DNA of 64,000 nucleotides, taken from Podarcis vaucheri (lineage: Eukaryota). Both the position numbers and the translations under genes were made by a program. The DNA lies in NCBI GenBank assembly GCA_965113315.1, contig OZ220376.1; one strand, given 5' to 3'. The notes beneath the pieces were generated by a model. The model did not search any database and had not been told where the DNA came from. It was given only the letters and a program-made list of their open reading frames with translations. Shown piece by piece: positions 1 through 15,208 of the stretch; the stretch's first letter is position 1; the number at the start of each line of letters is the position of its first letter.

Positions 1-27
1 GGTGGGCGGGAGAGAAAGAGAGAATCA

Positions 28-330
<303 letters not shown>

Positions 331-605
331 TCAAAAGGAGAAAAGAGCCTATGTATTTTACACATTGCAGCATCCACTGTCACTGTCACTGTCACATTGC
401 AGCATCCACTGTCACACAGCACCATTCCCAAGGCTTGTTATGGCTACCCAAAATACAAGTGAACACCATACAGGTTTTCTCCAACTAGCTGGGTCGCAAC
501 TTGTACAGGACTAACCTACACTATGAAGACTATGGCAGGCTCTGAACAATTTCACAGCATCTGCTAAACTCTCTTATTTATGACATACCATCAATCAGGT
601 TACTG

Positions 606-863
606 GAAGAAGAAGAAGAAGAAGAGTTTGGATTTGGTATCCCGCTTTATCACTACCCAAAGGAGTCTCAAAGCGGCTAACATTCTCCTTTCCCTTCCTC
701 CCCCACAACAAACACTCTGTGAGGTGAGTGGGGCTGAGAGACTTCAGAGAAGTGTGACTGGCCCAAGGTCACCCAGCAGCTGCATGCGGAGGAGCGGAGA
801 CGCGAACCCGGTTCCCCCGATTACGGGTCTATCGCTCTTAACCACTACACCACACTGGCTCTC
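606..863 (-). mobile_element. tRNA-derived squamate SINE (Squam3-like), near full length
   Basis: Minus strand starts GAGAGCCAGTGTGGTGTAGTGGTTAAGAGC (A box), has GGTTCGCGTCTCC (B-box-like), a CORE-like middle and a (CTT)n tail. Confidence 0.8.
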
Positions 864-1664
864 GAGATGGTTTAGGATTACACACATGGTAGTACTGCAC
901 TTAAGAGATTCCTTTGCAACTTAGATACTTCCTTTGCCATATCCTCTAGAAGACTCTGTTCCCAAAGCTGTGCTAACTCCTTTTTATGATGGCTGGCTCC
1001 AACAAGTACACATGCAACTATGTTAATTTAAAGCTCCATTAGACACAATGGAGAAACTGATAGGTGCAAGGAGAAGCTACTTTCCCTAAATGGGGGAAAG
1101 GCTCACAAATCGATATGAAAATGTTCTTGTAAATTCTCATGGGTTTTCTGCAAACCTTGCAATGAAAACTGCAATCATCACATCTTGATTAAAGTAAGAT
1201 TGCTTCCACTGACCACGGTAGGGCAGGAAGAAAGATTCCAATGCACACAAAAAACCTAACCACAGAATTGCTATACGAAATGGGGGGACATTCCCATAGG
1301 AATCTGCTTGGCTGCCGTGAAAATAGGATGCTGGGTTAAGATGGGCCCCATGCCTGATCCAGCAGGGCTCTTCTGACCTTTTGCTTTTAACGGCATACAA
1401 ATTTTGCACCTCCCTCAAGATACTGACACAAAAGTAAAGACAAATTGTGATGTGACAATCCAAAGGTAGAGAAAGCACTACTTGAGGGAGGAAGAAGCCG
1501 GGTGATGAAGTGGTGAGCTAACAACCAGCAGACACGGGTTGGATTCTTATCTGCAACCAGTGGTGTACTGGGGCGCAGCTCAGGGGGCTTTTCCAGAGTG
1601 ATGATGGCATTTGCTGGAGGACCAGGGTAACTGATGGAGCCTCTTTGCTCCGACAAGTGACTGA

Positions 1665-1932
1665 GGGCTCATCCATGCTGTCATTTAACGTGGATAATAA
1701 GATTCCTGTAGCTCCATTAATTCTCCGTTGTCCATAGGACATTCTCCTCCAAATCAATGCCTTCCCACACTTTCCTCTCCCTCAGTCCAGATCTTTTCAT
1801 ACCAGCGATAATCCGAAAATGAGAATCCAGATTGAAAGTGTGGGAAGGCAGTGAATGTCATGTGGACAACTGATAATTAAAGGAGGTACAGGAAGCTTAC
1901 TGTCCACATTAAATGACAGTATGGATGAGCCC
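1665..1932. mobile_element. Palindromic MITE, PIF/Harbinger-like
   Basis: ~110-bp imperfect inverted arms starting GGGCTCATCCAT...ATGGATGAGCCC, flanked by a 3-bp TGA duplication. Confidence 0.65.
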
Positions 1933-4317
1933 TGAGCTGATAACGAGGTTTCACATTTTTACATTGCTCATGACAGATTAGCATACGGGAAGTCAGATAA
2001 ATGAAGCAGAGTTTGGATACTTCTCCCCTCTGATGGGTTCCTACTTCCTACCGGCAGTTTTGATAGTGAAAGTTTTTTGTCGTCAGATTGTATTTCTAAT
2101 TAAAAAGTTAAAGGTCAAACTTCAATTGGTAAAAGATATTTCCTTAAAGCTCAATGTATTTTACAAGTTAAACCCAAGCAATCAAAAGTGAGCACCGCTT
2201 AGTTCAATGGAACATACTTCCAGGAAATGATATACAGGATTGCATTCCTACTTATCTTGATGAATTGGGTATTATGCTATGCACTGATGCCCTTTGGTGA
2301 AGTTCATGCATGTGTAAGTAAATAAATAACATAATGGATCAGCACAGCTGCCTGCATTTTTGGACTCTCCTCAGGGTGTGGCCATGGGGCCTGTCACAAT
2401 GAATCTCAAAATGTACAACTAGAACACTGCCAGAAACACAGAGAACTGAACTAGAACCAGGTGAGAAGACTGGGCAGACATATTATGAGGTATGGGAGAA
2501 CTGGGGGGAAAGGCAGAGAGGCCAAGATGTGGAACTCCCACTCAGTTTACTGAGTGGGAAGGCGGATCTCTGAGTCCACTCCTCCATCACCTTTACGTCT
2601 ATAGACAATGTTACTCTTAACACTTGGAGGTGGGTATGAGAGAGGAAGTAGGAGCAGAAGGACCCTGAAAGGTGACACAATTTCTCAACTTTATAATAAA
2701 AACTATGAACAAATATGGCTGAAATAGTGACCCGGGCATTTAAATACTTTAATTACTTTTCCTTGGCATAATAAGGTTCATGTTTTGTAATCTTGTCATG
2801 TTTAACCATTATGTCTATGTTATAAATAGTTCTGGTCGCTACCTTCCATGCATTCACATACCTGTGGTTTATTTATTTTGATTTTATTTTATGTCTGTAT
2901 TTATTCAACTGTGGTCTATAACTGTAAATGAACTGTGTGTGTTTGTCACCACAACCTGCTTGATAACACTGTATTTTGCAGAATCTCTTGTAAACTATTT
3001 TTTTGAAAATTACTCCCCCCAACCCCAAAAACCTGTAAAATAGCAAAAACAGGTTTTTGAGCCTAAGAAGGTTAATTGAAAGTTTGAATTCCTTCTCTAT
3101 AAAGTCCAAATAGAAACCGACAAACAATAGTGACAACAGACAGAGCTTGACTGCTTCAGAAATTCCTTTACGAAATGGATGTCATAGGGAAAGGCGATGT
3201 TGCAGGCTATCAAGACTTGGCAGCTAGGCTATGAGAAAGTTGGTTGAGCTTTGCAAAGAATAGCCAAGGTAGAGTCAAGATGGTATGACTGAGGGCAGGT
3301 AAAACACAGTAGCAAGGAAATGAAAAGAGAAGAAAGGAGGAACAGGGCCTACAGCTAACTAGGCATGGAAATATTTTGAAGGAGGGTGGGGAAGCCATGA
3401 AGAAACGGGGGCAAAGGGGAGACATACACAGTCACATCAGCTGATGCCGCACAGACAAGAAAAGGGTGGGCAAGCACAGCGCCCCCAAGCTATGCAAATG
3501 TGTGGGAGAAAGCCCATACATTTTTATTCTGCATTCACAGGTCCTAAGATTTCAGCTATATGCTAGCTATGTTATGCCCCCCCCCAAACTGATTTGCTGA
3601 AGCTCAGCCACTCTCGTTTGGCTGTGACAACAAAAAGCATAGCAGAATGGGCTTGTTTTTACATAGAGCATAGCCAGTGGAAGGAAGAAAGCTTCCTACA
3701 CAATGCCTAAAACCGCTGACTGGCAAGTAAAAGGCCCAGCTATTTTGAGATACAGCCTCTCCTCTGCCACTAAAAATAGTCTTGTGAAGACCGCCAGGTC
3801 CAAATCCTTCAAAGCTACAGTTGGCAAACTGGCAGGAACCCAGGAGCAGCAGAGGCCAAGGTATTTTTCATATCTTAGGGCGAGACAGATCTATTTCTCA
3901 TCACCACTGCCTCTCCAGCAAGCATTCGTATCTGAAAATCCCATCTTCTTCTTATCCTTTGCGTTAAAAACAGATATATCTAAACAAACAGTGTGATCCC
4001 TACTTCAGATTACATTAGGTGGGTGAGGACTGGATTTCTACTAAAATCCCCTTGTGCTGGTGGAACAAAATGTTACTGGGGCATAGTGGATTGACACTGT
4101 ATTGCGCTAGTGAAACTCTGCTAGGCAAGGGGCAAAAAATGGGCGGAGCTGGAAGCAGCAGAGCCTAGACAGAGAGCCTAGACATTATAACTGGAAAATA
4201 GGTGGTACAAATAATTAAAAGCACACTCTCCTCCTGGAGTTGATGAGAGGTCCCAGAAGCCGTTAACTATGCAGTAAAGATTCTGGCCACCTTCAAAGTA
4301 AAAAAAGCAGCACGGTA

Positions 4318-4520
4318 CAGTGGTACCTTGGAAGTCAAACAGAATCCATTCCGGAAGTCCGTTTGACTTCCAAAACGTTTGAGAACCAAGGTGCGGCTTC
4401 CGATTAGCTGCAGGAAGCTCCTGCAGCCAATCGGAAGCTGTGGAAGTCACTTCCGGTTTTTGATTGTCTGGAAGCCAAAATGTTTGACTCCCAAGGTTTT
4501 TGAAAACCAAGGTACGGCTG
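4318..4520. mobile_element. Tc1/mariner(pogo/Tigger)-type MITE
   Basis: TIRs CAGTGGTACCTTGG / CCAAGGTACGGCTG with TA on both sides; internally palindromic. Confidence 0.75.
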
Positions 4521-4770
4521 TATGATGATAATGTATTTATTTATACCTCATCTGCTTCCCTGGCAGGGACTCAAGTTAGCTTACAAATAAAAATAAGAAC
4601 AGCCAAAACATAGGGGGGACCATCATTAAAAAACAATTAAACATTGATAAAAGTAAAACTATATCTAGATGTACATAAACATCATACAAATAATTACAAT
4701 AAAAATAGCATGGCACCAGCCCTGTAATTAAAAAGCTCACAATATTATTGTATGTTATTCTATTATTATA

Positions 4771-4840
4771 AAACGAGATGACGTCTGCAAGCCCAGTCAT
4801 CTGCGACTGTACCTAATGGTCAGGGGTACCTTTACCTTTA
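4771..4840 (+). mobile_element. 5'-truncated Sauria SINE 3' end
   Basis: Ends GGGGTACCTTTACCTTT like the full copy at 40.3-40.6 kb. Perfect 14-bp TSD ATTCTATTATTATA (4757-4770, 4841-4854). Confidence 0.75.
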
Positions 4841-7800
4841 ATTCTATTATTATATCTTCTTCCTAGCACTGAGGCAAGGCACAGGATGACGGTTAACCGT
4901 GTAAAAAAGTTTTATACTTTTAATTTCAACACCATCCCCTAAAGAGATACATCCCCAAACACTGCCATCAGCTCCACTGGATGTAGCACACAGAATGAAG
5001 AGCATCTGGTAGAAACGCCTTCTCTCAATAACTCTTTCTCAATGGGGACCCAGTCACATACAATGTCTGTTGCAATGTCTGACCATCATGCCTCGCAATC
5101 CTTATGTCCCTCTTCTCCACAGAAGCCACCAACAGACCCATAAGAAAAGATGTTCTCCACACTTGCCTCCACGGTAGACAAATGACAAGCACATTCTACT
5201 GCAGCTACAGTGGCCAGGGACAAATCTTCTGCCCATTGGCCATCCCTGCTACTGTTTTTCTCCTAGAGCTCTTGTACTTTTGGAAGATACTTGACACGAC
5301 AGAAATGTAAACAGGTGAAGCTATACATAGCTCAAGGAAGTGATGGGGAACGCCGCACCTGTTACTCCCATCTGACATGTAGATTTCAGGAGTGCAGTGG
5401 CCCTGGGGGAAAAAAGATGGCAATCCCATTCCTCTGTGAAGTTGTCAAAATGCAGTCTACTATTGCATCCTTATGATGGCTAAAAGACAGGGAGTCAACC
5501 CTTGTTATTAATCTCTTATATCTGCATGATGGTGGGCATGGGGTTTCCCACAACGCCCCATAAGTGTTGGGGGCTTGCCAACAGCTTTATTCCTAGAGCA
5601 CTAGAGGAGCAGCAGCAGCCTGGCAACTAAAATGTCCTCCTGACTTCCCCTCCCCTGACTGCTACTAGAGTAATGGATACCTGGATCTGCTGGAAAAATA
5701 ACCAGCAAAACCTGACAATCAAACAGGCAAGTCCTAAGAAAACAAAGAAGGCAGGCTTTTTTTGCGGGGGGGGGGTCACATTTATGGCTGCCAGAGCAAG
5801 ACCCCATGGCCATATGCTTTAAACATTTTATTGCTTCTCTGCAGGGTCCAACCAAGCTCATTGGGTTGCTCCTCTCATAGTAGTGTGTGCAGTGTTCCTA
5901 ATTCATGGGGTTTCCATTTTCCTCCATTACAGAAAGCTTGTGGCTCTACCATGAACAGTCCTTACCTGAAGATACTTAAATAAAGGATTGAATGATTTTC
6001 TCCAAAAATGCATTTTTAATATGCACTGATGCTGCAGATGTAAAAGATTATCAACAAAAATGGGGAAGGATTTACAAAAGGAAATTCCTTGAGAAATCTG
6101 GTCTTTTCTTTTGGAGCTTGAACTTTGTTTACTGTGAGCTCAATGTTAAGAGACAATTGTATAAAAATGGCAATGTAATGGCATTTAACACCTATTAAAT
6201 TAGATTAGAGATCTTTAAAGTTGGCAATAGTTAACTACTGGTGCTGTTCCAACAACTGAGATATGTTACAATGCTCAAGTATTCTGGAAAACAACTGTCC
6301 AAGCAATATCAACCCTTACTAACTTTTTGTACTTATACATCCTCATGTCTACTCTATACCCAAATTTGTTTAAACAGAAGGCTGTATTAATGTGCTTGTG
6401 ATTACTATACTGACCTATGTTACTAATTGAAACACATAGTAAATACATTTTATGTTACAGAAATGTGCTTCTTGCATGGAGTGTTGTGTTTTAACTTCTG
6501 CATGTTTTGATACATTAAATAAAATTAAAAGAAGAAACAAATATTCTGAGCATTGATAGCGAAGACTCAAGTTCCTATGCTGTGGGGCCCCTGTCACCTA
6601 TTGGCTACTGGTAAATTACATTTACCTATTCCAAACATAAAAGTCAACAGCCCAATGATAGAACTAGTGAGATCATATGCATGAAAGGAAAAATGGAAGA
6701 CATTGGCTGGCTTCTTGCATCAGCTGCAGAAATACTGCTTAAAAACTCAATTGCTTTGTATTTCCTAAGCATTGTTGGAATGTGCTACGCTAGAGACAAA
6801 ACCAGGTTTCCTGAAAGCTTCAGTTAGTTAGGAAAGGGCCTCTTCATAGAGCAGGTTGACAGCTGTCTGATCTTGCTCCAATCCTGCATTTCTGTTTCCC
6901 CTCCTCTTCCGCCCTCTGCATTTGCTTTGCTTCTTCTTTGATATTACAGCAAGGACTCAGCTATACAGCTGCAAATAAAATGTTTTAAGTGCGTTTTAAA
7001 CGCAATATATAATGTGACACTAGATGGTGAGCCTTATGGAAAACTCCATGTGCTTTTAAAAATGCTTTTTCAGAACAGTTTTTATATGTGCATAGATTCC
7101 ACCCAGATTTGTTTTCCATGTCCACAAAGTCACCTACCTAGCTCTATTCTCTGTGAAAACTACCATCTGAGACATCTCATCTAGTTGCCGATCTGGACTC
7201 CTTAGCTGACATGGCTCTTTTGGCTGAAAACATCCACATTCATATGTCATGCTGAGCGAAACAGCAAATAACAGCTCTACCTCCTCCAACTAAGATTACA
7301 CTGGAAAGTCTCCTGAATTTGTATGGGTTTGCAGAGTTATGCACACAGCTGCATGATCCCTGTTCCAGAGACAGGGGCATTCCCTACTTAGCCCATTGGA
7401 TTCAGGCAGCTGTTCCCATTTCTTTCTTATAGTTTTCTCACAGGTCAACTGCTATTCCATGGCCCTGATAATGGGAAAAGACAGGTGGACAAGCACAAGA
7501 TGTAATGGTGATGCCCTCACTTGCTTCCCTTCTGAGTCTCTTTCGCTGAAGAGCACTAAACTTATCAGTGCAAATGGAAACTCAGAATTCCAGGTGTACA
7601 AGTTATCTTTACTACAAGTTGAAGCACAGAACAAAACCATGCTGAATCTAACTATTTTAAGTGTCTATCTGCAATTATACATACACAATTCAATACAATT
7701 ATAACAATAAAAGCAATATAAAATATTACTTACAAAGGATACCATCACCATACAGAACCACCCAATTTGATCATTTTTAGGTACGTATGCCATTCCTAAT

Positions 7801-10800
7801 CAATTCTCACTGGCAGATGATGATGATGATTCTTCTTTGGACTATGTTAAAGTGCATTAAAAACACCACCACCAGTGTATTGTTTTGATGCTACAGCCTG
7901 GGGCTCTTTATCTGAATTTTATCACAGTGTTCTCAGAAAATGATCAAAGCAGCCATGACAACTTAATGTTCTTTTAACTTAAGTATAGCTGCATAACTTC
8001 CCCTCTGGTCTTTTGGCCTTTGGCTCAATATGCCATTGGAAACATCAAAGGTCAGGAGACTCAAATCCTCCAACCCAGAATAAAGACACAATGAGGGGTA
8101 AAGTTAATGTCTGAGGAGGAGATTAAACTATTTACAATGAGCTACAGGAAAGTTCAGTGTTCTTTTATGAAAAAGCAGTTCATTACTACTTGAAAAACAT
8201 ATTAGCTGATAGAACAACTACTTATCAAGGTAGGAATAAGCCCTACTTTCAAGGTAAACAAATAAAATAAGAGATATTCACTTTATTCTGGAACTAGCAA
8301 TAATATCTTCTTCAAGTTTAGATTTGGCATGCATTAACACAGATTTATGTATCTACATTATATTTTTATTTATTAAAATAGGGAATACACTAGAGGAGAC
8401 AATGGGAATAAGACTTATCAGAACAACTTCCCTCAAGGCACTCTTCCTTTTGCACATAAACTCTGTAAGTGAAGAACTTGAATCCTAATCCTAAACCCAT
8501 TAATAAATCACATTAGTTGATTACATAACCAATGTTGAATTAAGTTCCCACATGGAAACAGAAACAAATTAAATTGCTTTTCTTTTGTATATAATTTCTA
8601 CCATACATACTGAAGCTAGGCGATTCTACATGTGAAACAAAAGCAAAGAAAAATGGTAAAGCATAATTTAAACAGTGTATCTGAATGTGCTTTCATATCC
8701 ATCACAACACACACACACAAACCCCTTTCTATGAACAAAAGAATGGAACACTAAGCTATTTCAGACTTTATAGCGACAAAAAAGTCTGCAGCTAGTGTAT
8801 AGTGGCATTACAGGTTTTACTACGCACTACAAAATACAACATGACATTAACAAAAGGGGTTTTCAAAAGCAAGATTTAACATGGTGCCACAAGTTGTATC
8901 AGGCAAAGAGTTTACAGCACAGTTCCATAAACAGATGACTTCTGAAACACCGGGTAGCTCAGGGTTTTGACAGAAAATGGTCTTCTGTTTCTATTGTAAA
9001 AAACCTAGAAGATTTAATAGCATTTTCTATAGGCTATGCAAATCATTTTAATTCTGCAATCTAGGCACATTTGTTAGTGCTTGCCCTAAGTGTACGTGAG
9101 CTCAAAATCTAAAACCAAAAGGAATTACACAACAGGTTTACACACTTTCCATTCAAAGACTCATTGACCACACCAGAAATTATTGAACAGGGTAAAGGGA
9201 GGGGGAAGCAGATAGATAATTCTCTTACATCATATCCCCTACATCATATCCAAACGGCATTGCAGATCATTTATTAACCCTTCTTTCCTCCAAGGAGATG
9301 AAGGCAGCATACATGGTTATTCCTCTTTCTCAGTTTTATCCTAACAACCCAGTCATGGCTAAGTGGGGATTTACTCTCACTGGCAAATCTGCTAAAAAGA
9401 AGATCGGTGGTACAATCATAACACATGTTGTTATTATTATTAAACAAATGTCATTATTAAACTGTTTCTTTGTAACATCTTTATAAACAAAATATACTGA
9501 ACTACAACATAAACCAAGATCAATGCACTGGATGCATCGATTTCAGAAATCTCTTAAATCAGTGAAAAAAACAGAACAAAATGTAGGGGGAAATATGTGC
9601 TAGAAACTATGCCAATCTGTGTTTTGCATACTGTCAAAACTGTCAACTAGCTCAACATGGTAATCAAAGTGCATAATGTTCTCTATCAGCAAGCTAAGAA
9701 AGCGTTCCCATTCCATCCCGATTTCTGTGGTAGTTCAAGACAAATAGCATAGAAGCATCCTTTTTCCTTTCGAGTGTTTTCCTGGCTGCAATAATCTATA
9801 AAAAAATAATGTACTAATTAGATACAGCCCTTTGAAAGCAAGTACTCATGTTTAAAGCAACCTACTTTGCTTAGACTACAGCATTGCTTTAAACGTTGCC
9901 AAGGGGCTGGCAAGAGTTAAATGCTCATGTAACAATGTTCTCCTCAAACCCCCACAGGTCCATTCACTTAACACCATACTCCTGGAAGTGTGCCTGACAT
10001 ACCAAACCCCGTCCTGTTGCACATATTTTTATGCCTATTACTAAATTAGGAAAGCGGGGGGAACTGTGCCTGTGCCAATTGTGAAACAGAAAGGGTCAGC
10101 ATCATTGGTCTGCAGCAGGATCAGACAATTTGGTGCTCTCCAGATGTTGCCAGACCACAGCTCCTGTCTTCCCTGACCATTGGGCCATGCTGGCTGGAGT
10201 TGAAGAGGGCTGAAGTCCAACAACATCTGGAGGGTACCATGCTGGCTACCCCTGGGTTTACAGCTTCTCTGTTAAGCCAAAATCCTTCCAAGGCTGGCAC
10301 ATATAATCTTTATTGGTGCATGCAGCTGCACTGAAATACAATGGCACACACAGAAGAAGAAAATTAAAGGCTGTAATCAAGATTTCTCACTCCCAGGAAT
10401 ATTCTGCAGCGCACTACCGAAACCACATATTAGAATTACAGATTACTGTATAATTTAACTACCCAACGATAGAACTGGAATATAAAATTGTTATGTTGGA
10501 CATTTTGAAAAGCAAATGTAAAATGTATTAGTTTAGCCAAGAAAAGGGGCAAGGATTTTAAGTACTACTTCTTCATGACAACATTGCTGCCATAGTTAAC
10601 ACTTAGCTCTCTTGAGAAATACTAAGTGGGGCATTGAGGAATTTTTGAACAGGAAAAAAAACAGCAACTGGGAAGCATTTTAGAGGGATCTTCATCTGCA
10701 TGAATACTAAACACATATGTTGTATTTCTTGGCAACCAAGGAGGAAAGTTCTGATGGGGATGGGGGAAAGAAGGGAATAGAACTTTTCAGCCCCAGCACA

Positions 10801-12754
10801 TAGGTGAATCCCAACTACCAATGCAAATTGCTAAGCAAAACAGATTTTGACATAATGAATGATCATTCCCAGGTTATATTATAAATGCTCACAGTGATGA
10901 ACATGTAGTTTTAACATGCTTTGCAAGATTAATGGTACAAGGAAGGATAAAATTAGATGCAATAAAAAACTACAGGATTCTATATTTAGAAGTGGTATCC
11001 TCTGATTCTTAGGTCTATAAAATACACTGTTCTGAAAAAAAGATTCACCTACTCCTTTAGATAACTGGATAGGTATTTTAAAATGGAAAAAAAGTTTCAC
11101 CTTTATGACTACACTCAACATAGAAGCTGACTACAGGAAGCCTGTAAGACAATTAAGTTTGGGTTGAAGGCAAAGTATAAGTCTAAGACACAGTGTAGGA
11201 TGTGCAGAGTAAAGTTTTGAATAATGTCATGCATTTTGTTTAAGGAGAGCAAAAGCTTCTACCTTCTCCTTCCAGTCATTTCTGAGAGGAGTTCATGAGC
11301 CTGGGAGGTGGCTATGCTTGTTCACATCACACTAAACCATGGTATTTAGTACTAGGTTCAGTCTGTCCACACCCTGTTTGAAAGCCTGCACGTGTAGGAA
11401 AGGACACCCAAGAAAGGTTTGTGACCCCTTTTGCCCCACGGCATGTAAAATGTGCTTTTCAAAGTTACGCACAAACTAGCTCTTTGCAGGCATAAAGACC
11501 TTGGGGGTACAATCATGGGCAGCTCATCTCAAGTTCCCTGTACTTAATTATAACCAACTGGGCTAAAGGCATTTACTCTGAAGTAGCCTAGCTAAATTCT
11601 GGAGTATGTTGCTTCAGGACTGCTTTCAAAGTCCTATTTTCTTAAGGCAGTAATACAAATAGTATTTGAAAGGCAACTTTACCACAGAATGGCTTGGGAG
11701 TTTAAGTCATTGCCAACTCTGCTTAATTAATTCACTTACCATAAAAGTTGGCAAAACATGAAGCTTTTCACTTAGTAAATCTATAATTAACTGTTAATGT
11801 TTGCTGAGTAAACATAAGCCTATATTTAATTAAATCTTACAGTAAGATGCTATAACCTGAAAGTTTTATAAGCAACATGCTTCTGAAACAAAAACTTAAG
11901 AACTTCCAAATCTTGTTAGACATTAAAAAATTAACTTAACTTTATTGTGCTTATAAATAAAACCAGTATATGTTAATAAGACCTAGTTGTCAGAACATTC
12001 TTTCAAAGATATGAGATAAAGAAAGCATAAAGCTTTTTTCACTTCTAACAAAATCTAATCTTGACAGGAGCATTGTCTGAAGCAATGGAGTATTAAGACA
12101 TGAATGTAGAGTTATGTCTGAAGTTGCCATGTCTTTCCTACATTTCAACATCTGTAGTAATTAACGTGAGAGTCAGAATGGAATAATACCTATACACAAA
12201 GGCCCCACTGTTGGAATGCTCATTATCCAAAATCTCAGTTATCCAAACACAAAGAATTATACCCAAACCTTGCCACAGACAACTGGTTCAGATATCCAAA
12301 CAGCTGGAGTTTGCATACGTCTTTGTTTGTGTTTTGTTGGTTGGCAGCAGCCATTTTGGGCAGAAACAATGGAGGGAGGGAGGGAGATTGGACAAATCAA
12401 TTTTTCCTTTGTTTAGCTTTTTCACAGGAAGCATGCACAGGTCACTAACAAAGTTGTATAAGAATCTTAAGCAGCAACCTAACCAAAGATTAAATAGATC
12501 AGCTAATGACAATTACTCATGTCTTAGGCTCCAAGATCAGCAGGGCAAAGTTAGCAGGACTATACAGCTGAAGGCCTGTTTTATGTTGCCAAAGGATGCC
12601 CAAATTCTCTGAGGTTGCTGCATCACTCATCAGTTTCATAATGTAGAGGAGTAACATGCAGTTATTCTACTGAGGGCAATGAACATAACGCACATCAAAA
12701 CCTAAGTAAGATACAGTACACTCAAGTTGGGATAGAATAAAAACTCAATTTCTC

Positions 12755-13131
12755 GTTCTAACGAGTGATGAACGTCTGATGAAGATGATGGACTACACCA
12801 AAATGACGAAAATTGACTGGGAAAATCAGAAACCAGGAAAAGAGAAGGAATGGGGAAAATTTATAATGTATTTAAGAGAACACTGTAAACAACTAAAAAC
12901 TTTGGCAGGATTTGAGTAATGCTTGTAATGTATGAAAAACTATGTAAAAAAGGGTTATTTTTCTTTAAAAATTAGAGAAAAGAAGGGAAGCAGTTGGGGA
13001 AAAGATTGATAATAGTAACCATGGAAGCGCGGAGGGAAGTCAATGGATTCGGGGAATCCTAAATGATGTGGATGATTTGTTTGAATTAAAATTTGTTATG
13101 TAAAACTTATTAAAAACTTATTTTAAAAAAC
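12755..13131 (+). mobile_element. 5'-truncated L1-clade LINE 3' end
   Basis: Degraded ORF2-like C-terminus (MKMMDY...KEWGKFIMYLREHCKQLKTLAGFE*), A-rich tail, near-TSD AACTC(A/T)ATTTCTC at 12742-12754 and 13132-13144. Confidence 0.6.
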
Positions 13132-14463
13132 AACTCTATTTCTCCCGGTGAAATGCCCATTATTCTTTCTGAAATTTGTATACTATTTAAGCTAGTAGCC
13201 AGCACCATATCCCAGGAGATCAAATCTCAAAAATTAATTTCATGCTGAGTGAAAATATTTTAATAAAACCACAAAATATCTGGATAGGAGCAGTGCACAT
13301 AGAGACATTATTAGCATAGTTTATATGTACCAACTTTCTTAACTGTTAATAATACTTTTTGACATGCCTTGCACACAACATTTTTTTGGTAGATAAATAG
13401 GTTTATCGCTGATATGTCATAAAGTGGTGCAAGAGACAAGGGTTTCACACACCTGTTAGTTTATTAACAAAATCCAAAAGGAAGATTAATGTCTATTACT
13501 GTATTAGGACCAACTAAAATGTCACAAAGAGTTGGCCTGCTACATCTAGATAACAAGGAATTGATTGTGCAGCCTAGACTTACTTTTGCAGTACTCAGAA
13601 AATTTGGGAGAGGAAACAACATAGATAACAGAAATTAATTAGCATCCAAAATATTGGAGAAAATACAGAATAAGCCAGGAAAAGAATCATTCCTGAAGGT
13701 ACCAAAATTCTAGGTTCTTACTCAGAATCATTTGATTTAATTAGTGCCAGAGATAACCACAAATTGCCCTGCAACATCCATTTTAAAAATTGCTTCACAT
13801 AACCCCTGATGGCTTGAAACAGTTCACTCAATAATAAAAAAAGAATAAAATAATGGTTTCCAATGGTTTGTATGAGTGAAGAGCGAATCCAAAAATTTTC
13901 TGGTTGATTTGAATGAGCCAGTGTAATTACTGTCTCTATTCAGAAACCAAGAAGGAAAAAATGTTGTGTAATAACCTCAAAAGTTTTTCTTTTCCCCTGA
14001 AATACACAAAGATTATTTAATGCAAGTGTTTCAGTTTTGGCTAACCATATTTCCCTTTCCACTATTGAACTTGTAATGGTTTGGAATTTTTCAAGATTTA
14101 GTTTGCGGAATGTATAAAGTTCATGTAACACTTCAAAGATGGGTAAAAAGAGGCCACACAGATTCAACAGCAGGACCTGGAATTAACTCTGCTTGCCTGA
14201 TGCCAAATCCTATGATCTAATCACTGGCTGACAAGAATGTCTTTATATTTATCAAAGGGAAGAGTTATACTGCAAGCATGCCAAAATGTGGTAGGTGTTT
14301 TCTAAACAAAGACACAGTCCATCTCCTAAATAGAGCTGTTCATCTCTTTAATAGCATTTTAATTAAAACTTATGTAAGTCATGGGCATTTAATTAGAGTA
14401 TAACTACAAAGTAATAATTTAAAAAAACTTAACCAATAGCTGATTTTTATCTACTGCTCAGTA

Positions 14464-14705
14464 CAGTGGTACCTCGGGTTAAGTACTTAATTCGTTCCGG
14501 AGGTCCGTACTTAACCTGAAACTGTTCTTAACCTGAAGCACCACTTTAGCTAATGGGGCCTCCTGCTGCCGCTGCCCCGCCGGAGCCCAATTTCTCTTCT
14601 TATCCTGAAGCAAAGTTCTTAACCTGAAGCACTATTTCTGGGTTAGCGGAGTGTGTAACCTGAAGCGTATGTAACCTGAAGCGTATGTAATCTGAGGTAC
14701 CACTG
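14464..14705 (+). mobile_element. Tc1/mariner-type MITE (same family as 61708-61930)
   Basis: TIR CAGTGGTACCTC...GAGGTACCACTG, TA TSD. Confidence 0.85.
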
Positions 14706-15208
14706 TATCTGTTAAACTTCCAAATCTGATACTGCTAAGAATTGGGAGGTTATGGGGCAAAAAAGAGAGTATTTCTAAAATCATGAAGGATATTTCAATA
14801 GCCCTACAAACAACAACACTCACACATTACAATTCTATTAACATATTTTATAGAACAGTACAGTGGCTCTGAGCAGGGAAGAGGGTAGTTCTCTTCAGGG
14901 TTGGAGACTGAAGATGCCAACAAAGGGACTAATATTAAGAGATGGTGAAGAAAGTGCACTGTGGAATATGACACCGTGAAGACAGAGAGGCAGAAGGAGC
15001 ATAAAATAAGACCTTTTGCTTTTAAGGTGTTGGGAGCAGAAGCCCAGGAGACAAAAATGGGGAAAGTTGGGGGATATTTCTGGTAGACTATAAAGAGAGG
15101 CCTATAGGTTTTTGGAGGGATGATCCTGAAACCTGAAGGCAGCCCTGTATAGGGAAGCTATTTAAGGCTCAATGTTTTATTTTGTTTTTATATATGTTGG
15201 AAGCCGCC

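Noticed and set aside
361-415. Short direct repeats (CACATTGCAGCATCCACTGTCAC x2) as a CRISPR-like array
   Set aside because: Simple slippage duplication in a eukaryotic intron; no unique spacers.
580-924. 114-aa ORF
   Set aside because: Antisense reading through a SINE; no coding features.
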